Origin: Eledone cirrhosa
Lineage: Eukaryota
Reading direction: 5' to 3'
Length of the DNA stretch: 64,000 bases
NCBI GenBank assembly: GCA_964016885.1
Contig: OZ024743.1
Span: forward strand, 265,050,001 to 265,114,000
The number at the start of each line of letters is the position of its first letter. The stretch's first letter is position 1. Positions 29,832-43,213 of this stretch are shown here, piece by piece. The translations under genes and the position numbers were made by a program. The notes under the pieces were generated by a model. The model searched no databases. It worked only from the letters and a program-made list of their open reading frames with translations, and had not been told where the DNA came from.

Positions 29832-30861
29832 TATTCAATTCTTTATCAATTTAGAATCTTTTCTCAAAGGCACATACACATACACCTCTTTAAAATATAC
29901 CCATCTTCCTACCATACTTTAAAGGGCATTATACACTCTATAATACTTCTTTACTCATTACCCTCATTCTATCTTCACCTTGTAAAATCCTTCATAACAT
30001 ATACATCTTTTTTTTGACGTTAGAATATTCATCCGCAATCATTATTTTTTTCTCTCTATCATAAATCTTTTTAATCTCAATTTCATCCTTAATTTATTAT
30101 TTTTTTCTCCCCATCAACGAACTCATTCTTAATACATATTAACTCTTTATTCGCATATATTATCAATTCCTCCAATATACAAACTTTAACTTCACATTAT
30201 TTTTCTCAAATCCTTCTACACACAAACCTTAATAATTTTTCTCTTCGTTAATTTTGAAACTGCCACAATACTTATTAACATACCCTTTTTTTGACGTTAG
30301 AATATTCATCCACAATTATTATTTCTTCTCTCTATCTTCATACATAAATTCCCTTCGTTAATTTTCAAATTCCTTTAATTTATACATTATCTTCCAACGG
30401 TTCTCAACCTCTCTATGTAAACAATATATATTTCTCTCTGTTATAAAAAATATCTCTTTCTCTCTATCACCCATCTCTCTCTCTCCACCTTCACTCTCAT
30501 CTCCTCCCCCTTTTTTTCATCCTTTCCACCCCCCCCCCTCCCTAAATAAAATACTTTTTCCCCGCACATATCCTCCTTTCGTTAATTTTCAATTTTTTTT
30601 AATTTATACATTATCTTCCAACGGTTTTCAACCTCTCTATGTAAAACAATATATCTCCTCTCAGTTATAAAAACTATCTCTTTCTCTCTATCACCCATCT
30701 CTCCCTCTCATCTCCTCCCCTTTTTCATCCTTTCCACCCCACCCCCTCTCTAAATAAAATATTTTTCCCAATATCACACATCAATCTAAAACCACTTTTC
30801 ATATGTTGATTTAAAACTGCACTATCCACAAGTGTTTTTTAGCCTTCATATCATGTTCTCC

Positions 30862-30932
30862 TGTTTTATCTGATGAAAACACAAATATTATTGCATGATG
30901 ATGTTTGTTTTTGAAATGCGCATAATAAAATA
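30862..30932 (+). ncRNA. Type I hammerhead ribozyme
   Basis: UGUUUUAU-CUGAUGA-(long stem II)-GAAA-UGCGCA-UA-AUAAAAUA, with palindromic stem III AUGCGCAU. Confidence 0.85.
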
Positions 30933-31096
30933 CATGGAACTCCTTTAACCAGCTTTTGATCTTATATTATATATATATATATATATATAAGTTAGGGTAA
31001 AACAAAAAATGCTTTTGTTGATTATCGAACGTTACATATGTTTCACAAATGATTGCCTCGTTGTACTTATCGATGCAATAGACATATTGTATATAG

Positions 31097-31163
<67 letters not shown>

Positions 31164-32622
31164 GTTTGTGGCTGTGTGTGTCTATGTGTGTGAGTATGTG
31201 CTTAATTACACATAGGCACATATGAATGCATATAGGCTGTACTAAGGTATTACCGAGGCATGAGATCATTAAGCTTTCAACTAAATCTTTTACTGATGTA
31301 GATTTGTGATATTTCCTGTGCAAACGTAGTTGGCTCACGACATTTACCTTAAATTACTAGCAAATGAATTTACTTAGTTTGAAAGTTGCAGATCTCCTGG
31401 AGTCATTAAGATAATGCATTACCAACTATCTGAAACTGGCCAGTTTCAATCTAGCCAACTGTGCTGCACTGCCTTTATGTCAAACACATTGACAACTTGA
31501 TTGGCCAGCCAAAATAAGAAGGATATATACAGTCGCTCACGCCGGGTCGGTAGTATAATACTTTCTATGAAGGAGTAAATTTATCATTAATGACACCATA
31601 TTCTGGCATGTATTATCTTAGAGTGATATATTTATGGTACATGCTGATGATTTCCTTGTCTCTACTAAAGGAATTATTCCACGTTAACATTAATTGTTTA
31701 ACTTTACTTTTTTTCTAAAATTCAAAGTAGATGATAAATTTGACGACATTACCTATGACGGTAGTGCATGATAATTAAACAAAAATTGACAGAAATGTTA
31801 TTTGACAGAATGCATTACGACGTTTATTCTATCCCTTTCTATTCTCAGTTGAAATCAAACCGAGTTTGATGTCTGCTTTTCATATTTCAGAGATAGGTAA
31901 ATATAGCGGTATAAGACAGTGGATTAGGGAAGTCGTTGGAGAGTCGGCCAATATTTGTTTCGAATTTTTGCAATCGTTTAAGTTCAAATATGTTCATGTC
32001 TTACTTGTGTATTGAACTTAATCACCCAGTTTAACATCACTACACGAACCCTGAATGCCGTTCTAGAAATCTCTAGAAATATCTACTACAAATATCAGAG
32101 CTATGTCTTCAATTTGTAGATAAATTATCCTCCCTTCCCCCCCCCCCCGCTTCTTTAATTTAAGAAGCATGGGTTAAGAACAGATGCGTTATACTACTTT
32201 GTGATTAAACTATAAAAAATACGCACTTACGTAAGCTTAGATACAATCTATTCGTTTCAATATTTTGCATTATATTGTAACAAAAAATTTAAAAAAAAAC
32301 GTGAATTGTTCAATATTTATGTTTAAAGCGGGACGTGTCTTTATTTTAGACAAATTATAAATATGAATATAAATAGATGTTAACTAATTGTGTAGTGCAA
32401 TGAAGGAATTAACCGGCTGTGAGATATTTTTCCCTCTCTAGTGAAAATTTGCAATTCATTTTGCTTCATTTATGAGAAATTAATATGCGAACCATCAATT
32501 AGAGTTCATTAAAGTGAAATAGGCAAATTTATTAATCTTAGTTTAATTTACTGCCTGTATGGCTTTAGTCAATTTATTTTGTAATATATTTTTCTCATAT
32601 ATACACACACACATGCATATTA

Positions 32623-32705
<83 letters not shown>

Positions 32706-32834
32706 TATATATATATATTTCGTTTTTATATATATATATATATATATATAAAACCAAACTTATTTAATAATATATTTAAACAAAATAGCTCCTTGTAGCC
32801 TTTCAAAAATGGATGAAAATAAAACAGGCACCAG

Positions 32835-33020
32835 ACATCACATTCTCATGTAGGGAATAGTCGGTTATATCAAACGAAGTATGTAACACTGAGTTTTTTT
32901 TTTTTCTCGAGTCACAAAGATGAAATGCAGATTTAAAACAGCGTTTGAATTCAGAACGTAAATAATTTCATAAAGGCAAAATATATTTCCGATGCTCTAG
33001 CGATTCAGCCAATTCACCTT
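32835..33020 (-). mobile_element. Degenerate SINE family 1 relative
   Basis: GATGAAATGCAGA...TTTGAATTCAGAACGTAAA...CGATTCAGCCAATTCACC matches the reverse complement of the SINE head and body. Confidence 0.5.
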
Positions 33021-33195
33021 AACAATAACATCAAAAACAAAAGCAACAAAAAGAACACCGCCACCACCACCGCCAACAACAACAACTACAGCAACAACAA
33101 CAGCAGCAGCAGTAGCTACAGTAGTAATAGTAGTGGTAGTAATAGTAGTAGTAGTAGTATAAGTAGTAGTAGTAACAGCAGCAGCAACAGCAGGA
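33020..33195. repeat. Compound trinucleotide repeat (CAA/CAC/CAG/TAG)
   Basis: Seen directly. Confidence 0.9.
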
Positions 33196-34840
33196 GCATG
33201 ACTTGTGATTTACACTGTTCTTTACCAACAAATCTCTGAAATAGGATCATTATATAGCTAGCTAAAACACCAGGGCTGTGTAGATGTACAACTTATTTGT
33301 TGACAAAAACAAAAGACAGAGAATAGCATAAAAACTAATGACCAATTACTTGCTTTCAGCCTCCTAGTAACTCCTGATATCCCTATAGAATAATATGGAA
33401 TGAAGCGCCTTCCCAAGTGAGCAAACAGATAGTTACCACGCCTGTGACAAGGCACGCAATGTGTGTGTGGTAGTAAATACGAAGACGATTTGAGAGTTTG
33501 CTACTATTTGTGCCTTAAATTTATGAGATAATATCCTTTGGACCTAATTCTAGGTGTGACTACCAATATGAATGTTTACCTAATACTATTCCTTATCAAT
33601 CTTGACCACATAAATCAAGTGTATTAACTGGTGTATGTTTCCAGGAAGAGTGACCAGCCAGGCCAACTTATCTCTTGATAACCCGATTTGCAAGAGCGTC
33701 GATTTGCATAATTAAGTAGTGCCCTTCTTAACTACTCTATTCCATCAATGTGGTGCCTACCACCACCATCGTCATAGTATTCATATTTTGTGTATGCCGT
33801 TTAACACCTATGCCAAAATATGCTGTTTGTGAGCCAATTTAAACGGAATTCAGTTTTCAAAACCCAGTGAAAAAGGCATATGAAAAGTACAAAAAACTGT
33901 CAAAAATGTATCAAATATAGCAAAGCGTGCTAAACGTACATCAGAGTAAACAAGATTTAAGAGTCGAGTGTTTAATTAGAAACAGTTCTAATATGCAGCA
34001 ACTTAATCTGACCAGCAAACATACTCCACTGTGCATGTAAGTGATACAATCTCTGAAAATGGAATTGAAAGCGGCTGTACTTAGAAGAGCGTGTGATCTT
34101 CAGTTCAGCCAAAATATTTGGATTGCTCTAAAATGAACAGATCCTCACCGAAGTACGGACATATTATCTTACCTCTCTGCAATTATTCGCATAAAGTGGA
34201 GCTTATCTTCTATAGACATTCCAGGAATCGAACTGATCATACAATCGACGACAATCTTGTTGTGAGATTCTTGGCCAAAGTATGCAACTCTGCAACTGAA
34301 TTGCTTTCAGCGAAGTTATATGTACATGAATGAAACCAATTCATTTCATTCATCCCGTTAATATCGGTGGATACTATACAATTAAAATATTCCGTATCTT
34401 TTTAAAATCCCAGTTATGACAATAACAATAAAACAATACCCTCCACTATAAGTAGGCACGATTAAAGTTGACATTTGACTTATCAATAAAAATTATAAAT
34501 GCGTTGATGTTGACTCTTCATCCACCACTTCTCGATAGTGGATGTTAACAGGACATTCTGCTCAGCAAGCTGAATGTCCTGTTACATCTAGGAGTGAATT
34601 TGGATTTTTAGTATGATATTAGTATGTGAAATGACTTACTGATGTTGAGTTTACAGCTACCTGTTTATTGTGTGTATATTTTGACAATTCTACGTTCAGC
34701 GAGTCAGATTTAAAAAAATGTTTTTTTTATGATAATCAAAAATATAATTATTTTAAAGAAATGGCACAGATAGTCAACCGGGATGAGTATTGATAGGTTA
34801 AGAGATGTGTGGGAGTTCGTATGCAAAAAAAAAGAAGTAA

Positions 34841-36311
34841 TCTATATATATAAAACTGAGGATGTCTGTCTGTGTGTGTGTGTGTGTTTGAATCCCTAAA
34901 ACTAGAGAACAAACCAACCGACTGTTTTCAAACTTTACACATGTTATACTTATGTTTCAGGGAGTGTTCTAAGCAAAACAAATTTTAAATTTCCAATGCC
35001 CTAGGCGATTTAGCGATCTCTCTCTATAATTCTTAGTCTTTCTCTTTTTAGATAGATACATACATATAACGTCGCGCCCTTATAATATCTGTCTGTATGT
35101 CTGGTTGTCTGCATTACGTCACTTGCCACAATTCCCTCTTCGACCGGAACGCGCCCTTATAATATCTGTCTGTATCGCACTCGGCGCGTCAATGTATGCT
35201 GTTAAACGGACCACGAACGCATTCTGATTCATTCTAACGGATACCAGTGGAAGCAACCGTAACACCCTCCAAGTATCAGAGAACACAGTCAAAATCACTA
35301 TTAAGGGCTACAAGTGAGTGCTCGCATGGCCCTTTTTAGGGCCACCACTTGAAATTGTCAGTGAACGGCTTACACGGCCCTTTTAAGGGCCCTTGAAATA
35401 GCTGATGGCGACCCTTTCGTTTAGAGCTGCCAGTGAACACGCACACGCCTCGGGGCCCATTTTATTGCACCATTCCTCTTTAAATTTGTTAAATTATACG
35501 CACAGTTTGGTAAACGTTTGTCCAGTTGCGTTTACCTACTAAGTTGCGGTGGACTTCTTCGAGAAGGCTCCACATGCTGTCCGATTGCACGTCATGCCTT
35601 GCTCAAGCATTGCAGACTTCCCTCTCATATAAGTGGTGACATCTGTCCTGCTGACTCATGCCACTTTATTAAAGTACAAAAGCACCAAGCCGATTTTCTC
35701 CACGTGGAAGGAGAAGCATACATAATACTAAATGCATCAGTGTATTCGGTTTATTTTCTTTACATATTGTCAGGCATGCAGTTTTTCCACGATTAGGTCT
35801 GTTGGCGGCCCGCGTTATGCTTCAGGGAGTGTTATGCACATAAAAAATCAACTGCGTTTTTTTCAGCTTTTAAGGGATATTTTGAGGCGTTATGTCAGAT
35901 CGATTTCCTTGAAATTGTAACTATGTATTAGTCTGTCTCTTCTTCATACCGTGAGCAAAGAAAATCCAACCTTTTTATGGCCTAGGGCCCGCAATAGGTG
36001 AAAGTTTTCATTTTTTTCAGCTTTTTATGGCTATTTTAGGCGTTACGTCTAGCCTATTTTCCCGAAATTTCAAGGCATATTATGCATATATAAAAAAATT
36101 CATTTTCTTGATGCCCTAGGGCCGGCGTAAGGTGAAAACCTGCATTTTTCCTGCTTCATCGAGGAAAATCTTAAAGATTATCCAGCCATCAGAGTATTCG
36201 GTTTATTTTCTTTACATATTGTCGAGGCATGCAGTTTTTACACGATTAGGTCTGTTGGCGGCCCGCGTTCCAAAATAACTTATCCCGTGCAACGCCGGGT
36301 ACCACTGCTTG
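34841..36311 (+). mobile_element. Non-autonomous Helitron
   Basis: 5' end A^TCTATATATATAAAACTG. 3' hairpin CCCGTGCAACGCCGGG followed by ACTGCTTG^T (CTAG mutated). No TSD. Internal duplication ~35735-35815 / 36187-36268. Termini match the 774-bp element. Confidence 0.82.
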
Positions 36312-36637
36312 TTAATAAATATTTTTTAGCACCAGAAAGTAAATTTTAGCGAGCTTTAAGAAACGCGGGGGTTAATTTCAACGGAAGGGGAAATAATCAT
36401 TAAAAAAAAAAATTATCTATTTAAGTGAAGGACATTCTGAAGCTTCCTCTGGTGGTTAGAAACAAGTAAGGATAATTTTCTGTCTGTTACATATCGCCAG
36501 CCTGTTTATGTGATAAACTGTCGATGTATACCGTGGATAGATGAATCATCTGTCTATTAACATAATATTCAAATCGATGTACCTCACAGGATAGCACTAT
36601 GCGGGATTCATTGTATTTCTAAAAGGATTTTCTGTAA

Positions 36638-36912
<275 letters not shown>

Positions 36913-37454
36913 ATCACTGATGAAGGACTAATTTTATTCATATGTACCCCATTGCAACAAGGCAGCACGCCATTTTTCATATATTTATATTTCCCCTCCG
37001 CTGTGAACTGTCTGTTCCTTTCTTACTGCTTCCCCTTTCTCTGTATCTCTCACCTTCTTTTTACCCCCTCTACCAGTCACTCTCTCTCAGCTGGCCTCTC
37101 CCTCACACTTTCACTCACTCACTCTCTGGTACTGCCTCTCTCTCACTTCCTCCCCTTCTGACCTGTGTGAAATCCTTTTCTCGCTCACATCTCACCCAGG
37201 TCGGATGGTCTGTATCTCTCGTCTATGATTTCACCGAACTTAAGTTCACAGATATCACGGACTTGTTTCTCCTCTTCCTCTCTTTCCGTTGCATTACCAT
37301 CTCTGTTTGTTCACATGTCGCGCTCGCTACACCCTATTTTACGTGTCCCAACAACTTTCTTTAGTTATTGCTCGCACCAACCAGAGGTATATGATGTTTA
37401 ATGCGAAGAAATACCAATGACGGTTTGAAGATCACTGATGAAGGTCTAATTTTA

Positions 37455-37463
<9 letters not shown>
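36913..37463 (+). mobile_element. Terminally redundant 518-bp unit carrying the permuted hammerhead
   Basis: ATCACTGATGAAGG(A/T)CTAATTTTATTCATA occurs at both ends, with CTGATGA at 36917 and 37435. (TA)n on both sides. Confidence 0.8.
37345..37446 (+). ncRNA. Candidate non-circularly permuted hammerhead ribozyme, copy 2
   Basis: Same 102-nt layout. K-turn strands AACC-A-GA-GGUAU and AUACC-AAU-GA-C-GGUU. Core AUA...GAAA...CUGAUGA. A few helix mismatches. Confidence 0.7.
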
Positions 37464-37504
<41 letters not shown>

Positions 37505-37506
<2 letters not shown>

Positions 37507-37797
37507 TATGTATACGTTTTCGGTACGCCCGGCCGACTAACTCACTCGATATGCAAATTAGGCTCCTCAGCCGTTAATATGCATGAGGAAAATATATACT
37601 TTCAAACGTTCAATCATCTGACAGAAAGGTATACGATGCTGACGATAGCTAATAAGCTTGATACTAGTACATGATTCCTGTGTCAGTGTTGAGCAAAAGG
37701 GCGACGATGGTTGCCGAGCACTGTACGGCGGAATTCGGGCTGTTTGTTTACAAACAAACCGATCATTATAATAAATGTTCGGTAAACCCATACGTAG

Positions 37798-37885
<88 letters not shown>

Positions 37886-38001
37886 ATATATATACATACT
37901 ACTGTACGTCTGTACACATATATGCATGTACGTATACATACTTATATTTAGGTATCAGCCGTACTAAGAGTGAGAAACGAAATTTCGTTTCATTCTTTTC
38001 C

Positions 38002-38005
<4 letters not shown>
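37505..38005 (+). mobile_element. Family B element with a mutated type I hammerhead
   Basis: 37633-37675 reads ACGAUG-CUGACGA...GAUA-CUAG-UA-CAU. Homologous to 17860-18070. Confidence 0.75.
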
Positions 38006-38044
<39 letters not shown>

Positions 38045-38709
38045 GTGTTTAGAGCCCAAAGCAAGGGAATTAAAACTATTTTGAGCTACGTTATTTCTGA
38101 TCTAGCAAAAGATAACAGCAACAAACATTGCGATAAATCACACAACCGAACGTCTTTATAAATGGAGATCTAAATACACTTTAGAAATTAACTAAACAAT
38201 CAAAAGAAATAAAGATGGGTGCAACACATTTGATCGTAATGTCAGCTTGATCTAGTGGCATGCAGACGGCCAAAAGCAATACAAAATACGCACAAATTGT
38301 CTGCAATGGTTCTGTTTTTTTTACTAATACATAATTGAATAACTATTATAGAATCATTAGCAATAAATACAACTGATTTAATACATAGTTAAGGCACATC
38401 GCTGTATTGCTATCAGTCAGATAAACTACTGTTTTTAAAGCAGATGCCAAGCATTAACATATGCAGGAAATAAATTAATATAGTAAAAAACATCCAGGCG
38501 GTTTTATTGTTGTTATTAACGTCAGCGTAATGGCAGTCTTCTTTTTTATTGTTGTTTTCTTTGAAAATTCAACAGAATTTAAATTAATGAGCTACATTCT
38601 TCAAACATTTATTGTTATATTTTTTGTAGTCTTATATATTCAATATCAATTAATAATACAACATAAATATACTAACAGAGCTAATCGTGTTATTACAACC
38701 ATCTCTCTG

Positions 38710-38741
<32 letters not shown>

Positions 38742-39329
38742 CCACTATATGTTTGTGTGTGTGTATATATAGAGAGAGGGGGAGATAGGAGGGAGACATA
38801 TAGGGCAGAGGAAGAGAAAGAGAGAGAGAGAGCGTGTGTGTCTGTGTGTGTGTATGTGACGTATAGAGTCTGCGGTGTTGAGATGAAGAGACGACCAATC
38901 AGTGGAGTATTCTATGCATGGGAAAAGCGGAACAACCCAACCTGTAATCCAAGCAGCTTCGGTTTCGAATATATGTATATATGTATATTTGTATGTATGT
39001 GTGTATCCATGTATGTATAGATGGATAGATGTATGAGTGAATATATATAAAGGTAGATAGCTAGAGGGATAGAGAGAGATGGAGAGAGAGAAAGACAGAG
39101 AGAGAAAGAGTGAGAGCTGGAGAGAGCGAGGGAGAGAGACATAGAGATAGATAGATGTGGAAGTAGTGGCAGTGCAAACGAATAAAATTGCACCCTTTGC
39201 TGTCAGAAAAATAAACTGTTAACTGAAACAAAACATTTATATAATAGCTTCACAACAAAACAATTCAGGTGTTTTTATTTCAAATCTCATCTAATCAATC
39301 ATTCCATTCTTAGATTTTCTTGTTTTAAT

Positions 39330-39356
39330 CACACACACACACACATACACAACACG

Positions 39357-39417
<61 letters not shown>

Positions 39418-39422
39418 ACACA

Positions 39423-39469
<47 letters not shown>

Positions 39470-39602
39470 GTATACATATAAACATATATATATATATATA
39501 TATATACATATAAACATATATATATATATATATATACATATAAACATATATATATATATATATATACATATAAATATATATATATATATACATATAAATA
39601 TA

Positions 39603-39636
<34 letters not shown>

Positions 39637-39637
39637 C

Positions 39638-39713
<76 letters not shown>

Positions 39714-39739
39714 ATATATATACATATATATATATACTT

Positions 39740-39811
<72 letters not shown>
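39330..39811. repeat. (CA)n-(TA)n compound microsatellite
   Basis: Seen directly. Confidence 0.97.
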
Positions 39812-39813
<2 letters not shown>

Positions 39814-40690
39814 GAATTGGTGCTGAAAACTTCATGGTTTGGGCGTAAAAGAAAATAAAGGATGATCAGTTATTCAACATATTCCCCTCTTGGATTCACC
39901 CACTTATTGCAGCGGTCCTCCCGTTTTTCTAAATCATGTAAAAATAACTCGGAAGTTTGTGCCATCAACAAGGCCTCTGTAGCAGCCATCACTTTGAATT
40001 GAAGTGGTGCCACGCCATTGATTGCTGATTGGTCTGGGGATCATAGTGATGAAGCCAACTTTCATACATTCTGACTAAACAAGCCATAAAATCAGTTTAT
40101 CCAGCTGTAAACCGGTTCAAAATCGCCTGTAATGTCATCACTCTGATGCGCTTCTGATCTGCGTTCAGACATTTCGGCATCTATTTTGCAGAAAGTTTCT
40201 CATGTTCAAAGCCTTTCAGAAGAAGTAGCCAACTCTTCTACAGGAAATCCCCAGTGTCTCAGCTAAGACTTTAGCCGAAATCCAACGGTGCAACAGTGTC
40301 GGCTTTGTCCACTCTGGTCAGGGAAGCTAGCCTTCATGACCGGGGTTCATATGTGTCCTCGAATTGACCAGTCCTAAAACTTTACAACCAGATTTTTACT
40401 GTGGCGTAAGATGGGCAGAGAGCCGTCAAGATTTCCGTAATCTCAGCATTGATTCCACCGCTCCTTTGAGTTGCAAGAGGAGGAACTTCATGCCCGCCCA
40501 TACTTCAATTTTAGCAAAACCGACTGTTTGAGCTGCCATCATACCTTAAAAGTACAAAAGAGAGAAAGATATATTGTATACCATCATGATATCTACTTCA
40601 AAATAGTTGCCCTACATCCTCTCTAACGGTAAAAGCTCTACCCTTTCCCGATCGCCTTAAAGACAGGAACTTTTCACCACACTCTGATAT
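39811..40690 (-). mobile_element. Degenerate, internally deleted Tc1/mariner DNA transposon
   Basis: Imperfect TIRs: TACGAATTGGTGCTGAAAACTTCATGG against the reverse complement of CAGGAACTTTTCACCACACTCTGATA. Minus-strand EDRCNKWVNPRGEYVE* resembles a mariner transposase C-terminus. TA flanks. Confidence 0.7.
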
Positions 40691-40770
40691 GTATATATAT
40701 ATATATATATATATTTCGTTTCTGAATTTGTTTAGCAAGATTCTTTATCTGAAAACGTGTGTTGAAACCG

Positions 40771-40852
40771 ATATTGTTATGCTTTGGGAGGGTCAGTTGC
40801 CAATGCGTGTGTTTCTTATTGGCAGCATGACCCTCCCAAAGTATAACAATAT
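40771..40852. repeat. Short hairpin with ~34-bp arms
   Basis: ATATTGTTATGCTTTGGGAGGGTCAGTTGCCAAT pairs with ATTGGCAGCATGACCCTCCCAAAGTATAACAATAT. Confidence 0.85.
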
Positions 40853-40865
40853 ATATATATATATA

Positions 40866-41215
40866 AACGGAAAAAATGAAACAAAATTTCATTTCCCACT
40901 CTTAGTACGGCTTTTACGTAAATATAAGTATGTACACGTACATACATATATGTATACAGACGTACAGTAGTATGTATATATATATATACATACATGCACA
41001 CATATATACATGTACGTATGGATTCATACGAGCAACGATTGTAGCTGGACACTACGGCTTAATACGGGATGTTTGTTTACAAACACACCGAGCATTATAA
41101 TAAATGTTCGGTGAATCTATACGTACATATACATATGTGTGCATGTATCTATATATATATATACATACTACTGTACGTGTGTATACATATATGTATGTAC
41201 GTGTACATACTTATA
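40866..41215. mobile_element. Family B fold-back fragment
   Basis: Inverted terminus GGAAAAAATGAAACAAAATTTC... followed by forward family-B sequence. Confidence 0.7.
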
Positions 41216-41352
41216 TATATATATATATATTAAAATAAGAGATTAAAGTTTAAGCAACGAATCCCTGCTTTCTTACTACATATATAGAGCGTGAAATTAA
41301 TAAACATTTGTTGTACTACCTCTCTGTTTTGTCCCTGTTCAAATGTTTCCAT

Positions 41353-41387
<35 letters not shown>

Positions 41388-41413
41388 TTATTTTATTAAG
41401 AGTAAATAATGGG

Positions 41414-41463
41414 TCTTGTTACTCTGGAGTTTCGCCTATTTATCGTAGGATCATTAGACAAGA
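41414..41463 (-). ncRNA. Type I hammerhead, G5A mutated (family E)
   Basis: UCUUGU-CUAAUGA-U-CCUA...UAGG-C-GAAA-CUCCAGAG-UA-ACAAGA. A homologue at ~44546-44590(+) has intact CUGAUGA but GAAU. Confidence 0.65.
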
Positions 41464-41619
41464 GCTACCTTTTCAATAGCAGTCACAGTAAAAAGAAGAT
41501 GGGGGAGGGATAATTAAGATTGTGTGGTGAAAAGGAAAAAAGACGATAATGTGTGATAATGCACATAGCTAGTACTTACATATATGTACAGAAATATATA
41601 TGTAAACACACAAACACAC

Positions 41620-41655
<36 letters not shown>

Positions 41656-41781
41656 TAAAATAACAGAATAAAGTTTAAGCAAAGAATCGCTGCTTTCACC
41701 CTTAACGGGATCTTCTGAAACTAACAAAGTCAAGCTGTAAACGCAGAACTGGATATTTCAAAAAACGTTGCAACCGGAGGA

Positions 41782-42334
41782 ACTTGCACATAACATCACA
41801 GCTTCAAATTTAGCTAAAATACCTAGCCGTAGGAACACGTGCAACCCTGTAGTTAGTACTAACTGTAATTGTAGGAATCGGGCTGATTGTCCCCTATCCG
41901 GGAAATGCCTCTCTAGTAACATTGTCTACAAATGTAAGGTTGTAACACCCACGTCCCGTAGGGCCTACATAGGGTTAACCGCCAATAGTTTCAAGCAGCG
42001 TCTTTACATGCATACCCATTCTTTTCGTTACCCTCTAAGAAGGAATATGACGTCACTTTCAGCTTATATCTGGAGTCTAAAAGACAACCACACCCAATAT
42101 AAGTTACACTGGGAGATCCTAGCTAGGGCTAGATCGTATTACGGAAATAAAAGACCATGTGACCTCTGCGCCGCTGAGGCCCTGGAAATACTCTACGCCA
42201 CAGACCACATCTTAACAAAAAATCTGAGGCAATTTCGGCTTGTAAACATAAATTGCACAAAACTTTCCTGTATTACAGCCCTACGTTATACCCTAACGGA
42301 TAGCACGATCTATACGTGGATATTTACGTCTTGA
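41782..42334 (+). pseudogene. PLE GIY-YIG endonuclease fragment
   Basis: CNCRNRADCPLSGKCL, IVYKC...YIGLTANSFKQRLYMH, LSAYIWSLKD and CDLCAAE. Confidence 0.9.
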
Positions 42335-43213
42335 TGTGGGAGCTAAGTATATGTTTTGTTTATTCTTTTACTTATTTGCATAGGTAAGTATATATTACCC
42401 GTATGTTTTGTGAAGGTATGTATACCTTCTCGGACGTATATTTGACTGTCTTGGCGTATAATTTTTACATATTCTGGTATTTAGGGCTTGGTTATGTGTA
42501 TTTGGGAGTTTTGCGTCTGCGTGAGTATGCAGGTTCGTACGTATGGTGGGTGTGGGTATATGTGTACTTCTTGTTTTAGTTGACTTACGTCTCCGAACCT
42601 TCTTGTATTTATTTGTAGGTATGTGTGTGCGCTTGTTATATACGTATTTATTTACTTATATACGTTTATATAATTATTTATTTATTTGTACACAAGCATA
42701 CACACATACACATATTTATATGTGCGTGGTTTTGTATACCTATGGTAAGGTTTTGCGCATGCTTGTGTATGTACGTATCTGTTTGCGTGTATGTATTTAT
42801 TTGTTCCTATTACTTCTGTATTGTATTTATTTACTTTGTTATTAACTCTGTAGCGGAGATTCATTCGGTCTCCTAGTTAGAATTTTAGTCTACGACTTCT
42901 GCTATACCATTTACGTGGTTTTGTCTTTGCACGCTATTGTTCTCCACGTTCCACATATGACTTATTATCTTCGTTTTTTCGTTCATTGCCAGAGAACGTC
43001 TCTATGCACCACTTAGAGAACATTAGTCTACGACCTCTTTTATACCATAAACGTGGTTCTGTCCTTGCACGTTTTTGTTTTTCACCGCTCCTATTAATGA
43101 CGTATTATTCGTTTTTTCCCGTTCTTTGCCAGCGAACGTCACCATGAACCAAAGTATCGTCTTCCTGTCTTCCTCCGGTTGCAACGTTTTTTGAAATATC
43201 CAGTTCTGCGTTT

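Larger units (their letters stand above)
27031..30969. mobile_element. Giant fold-back PLE with ~1.9-kb inverted arms, each holding a GIY-YIG ORF, 3' tail and hammerhead
   Basis: ~27118-29031 is the reverse complement of ~29052-30969 with a 20-bp spacer. Flanked by (TA)n. Confidence 0.95.

Noticed and set aside
33470-34330. Possible decayed LINE RT on the minus strand
   Set aside because: Only faint motif echoes, not enough to support a call.
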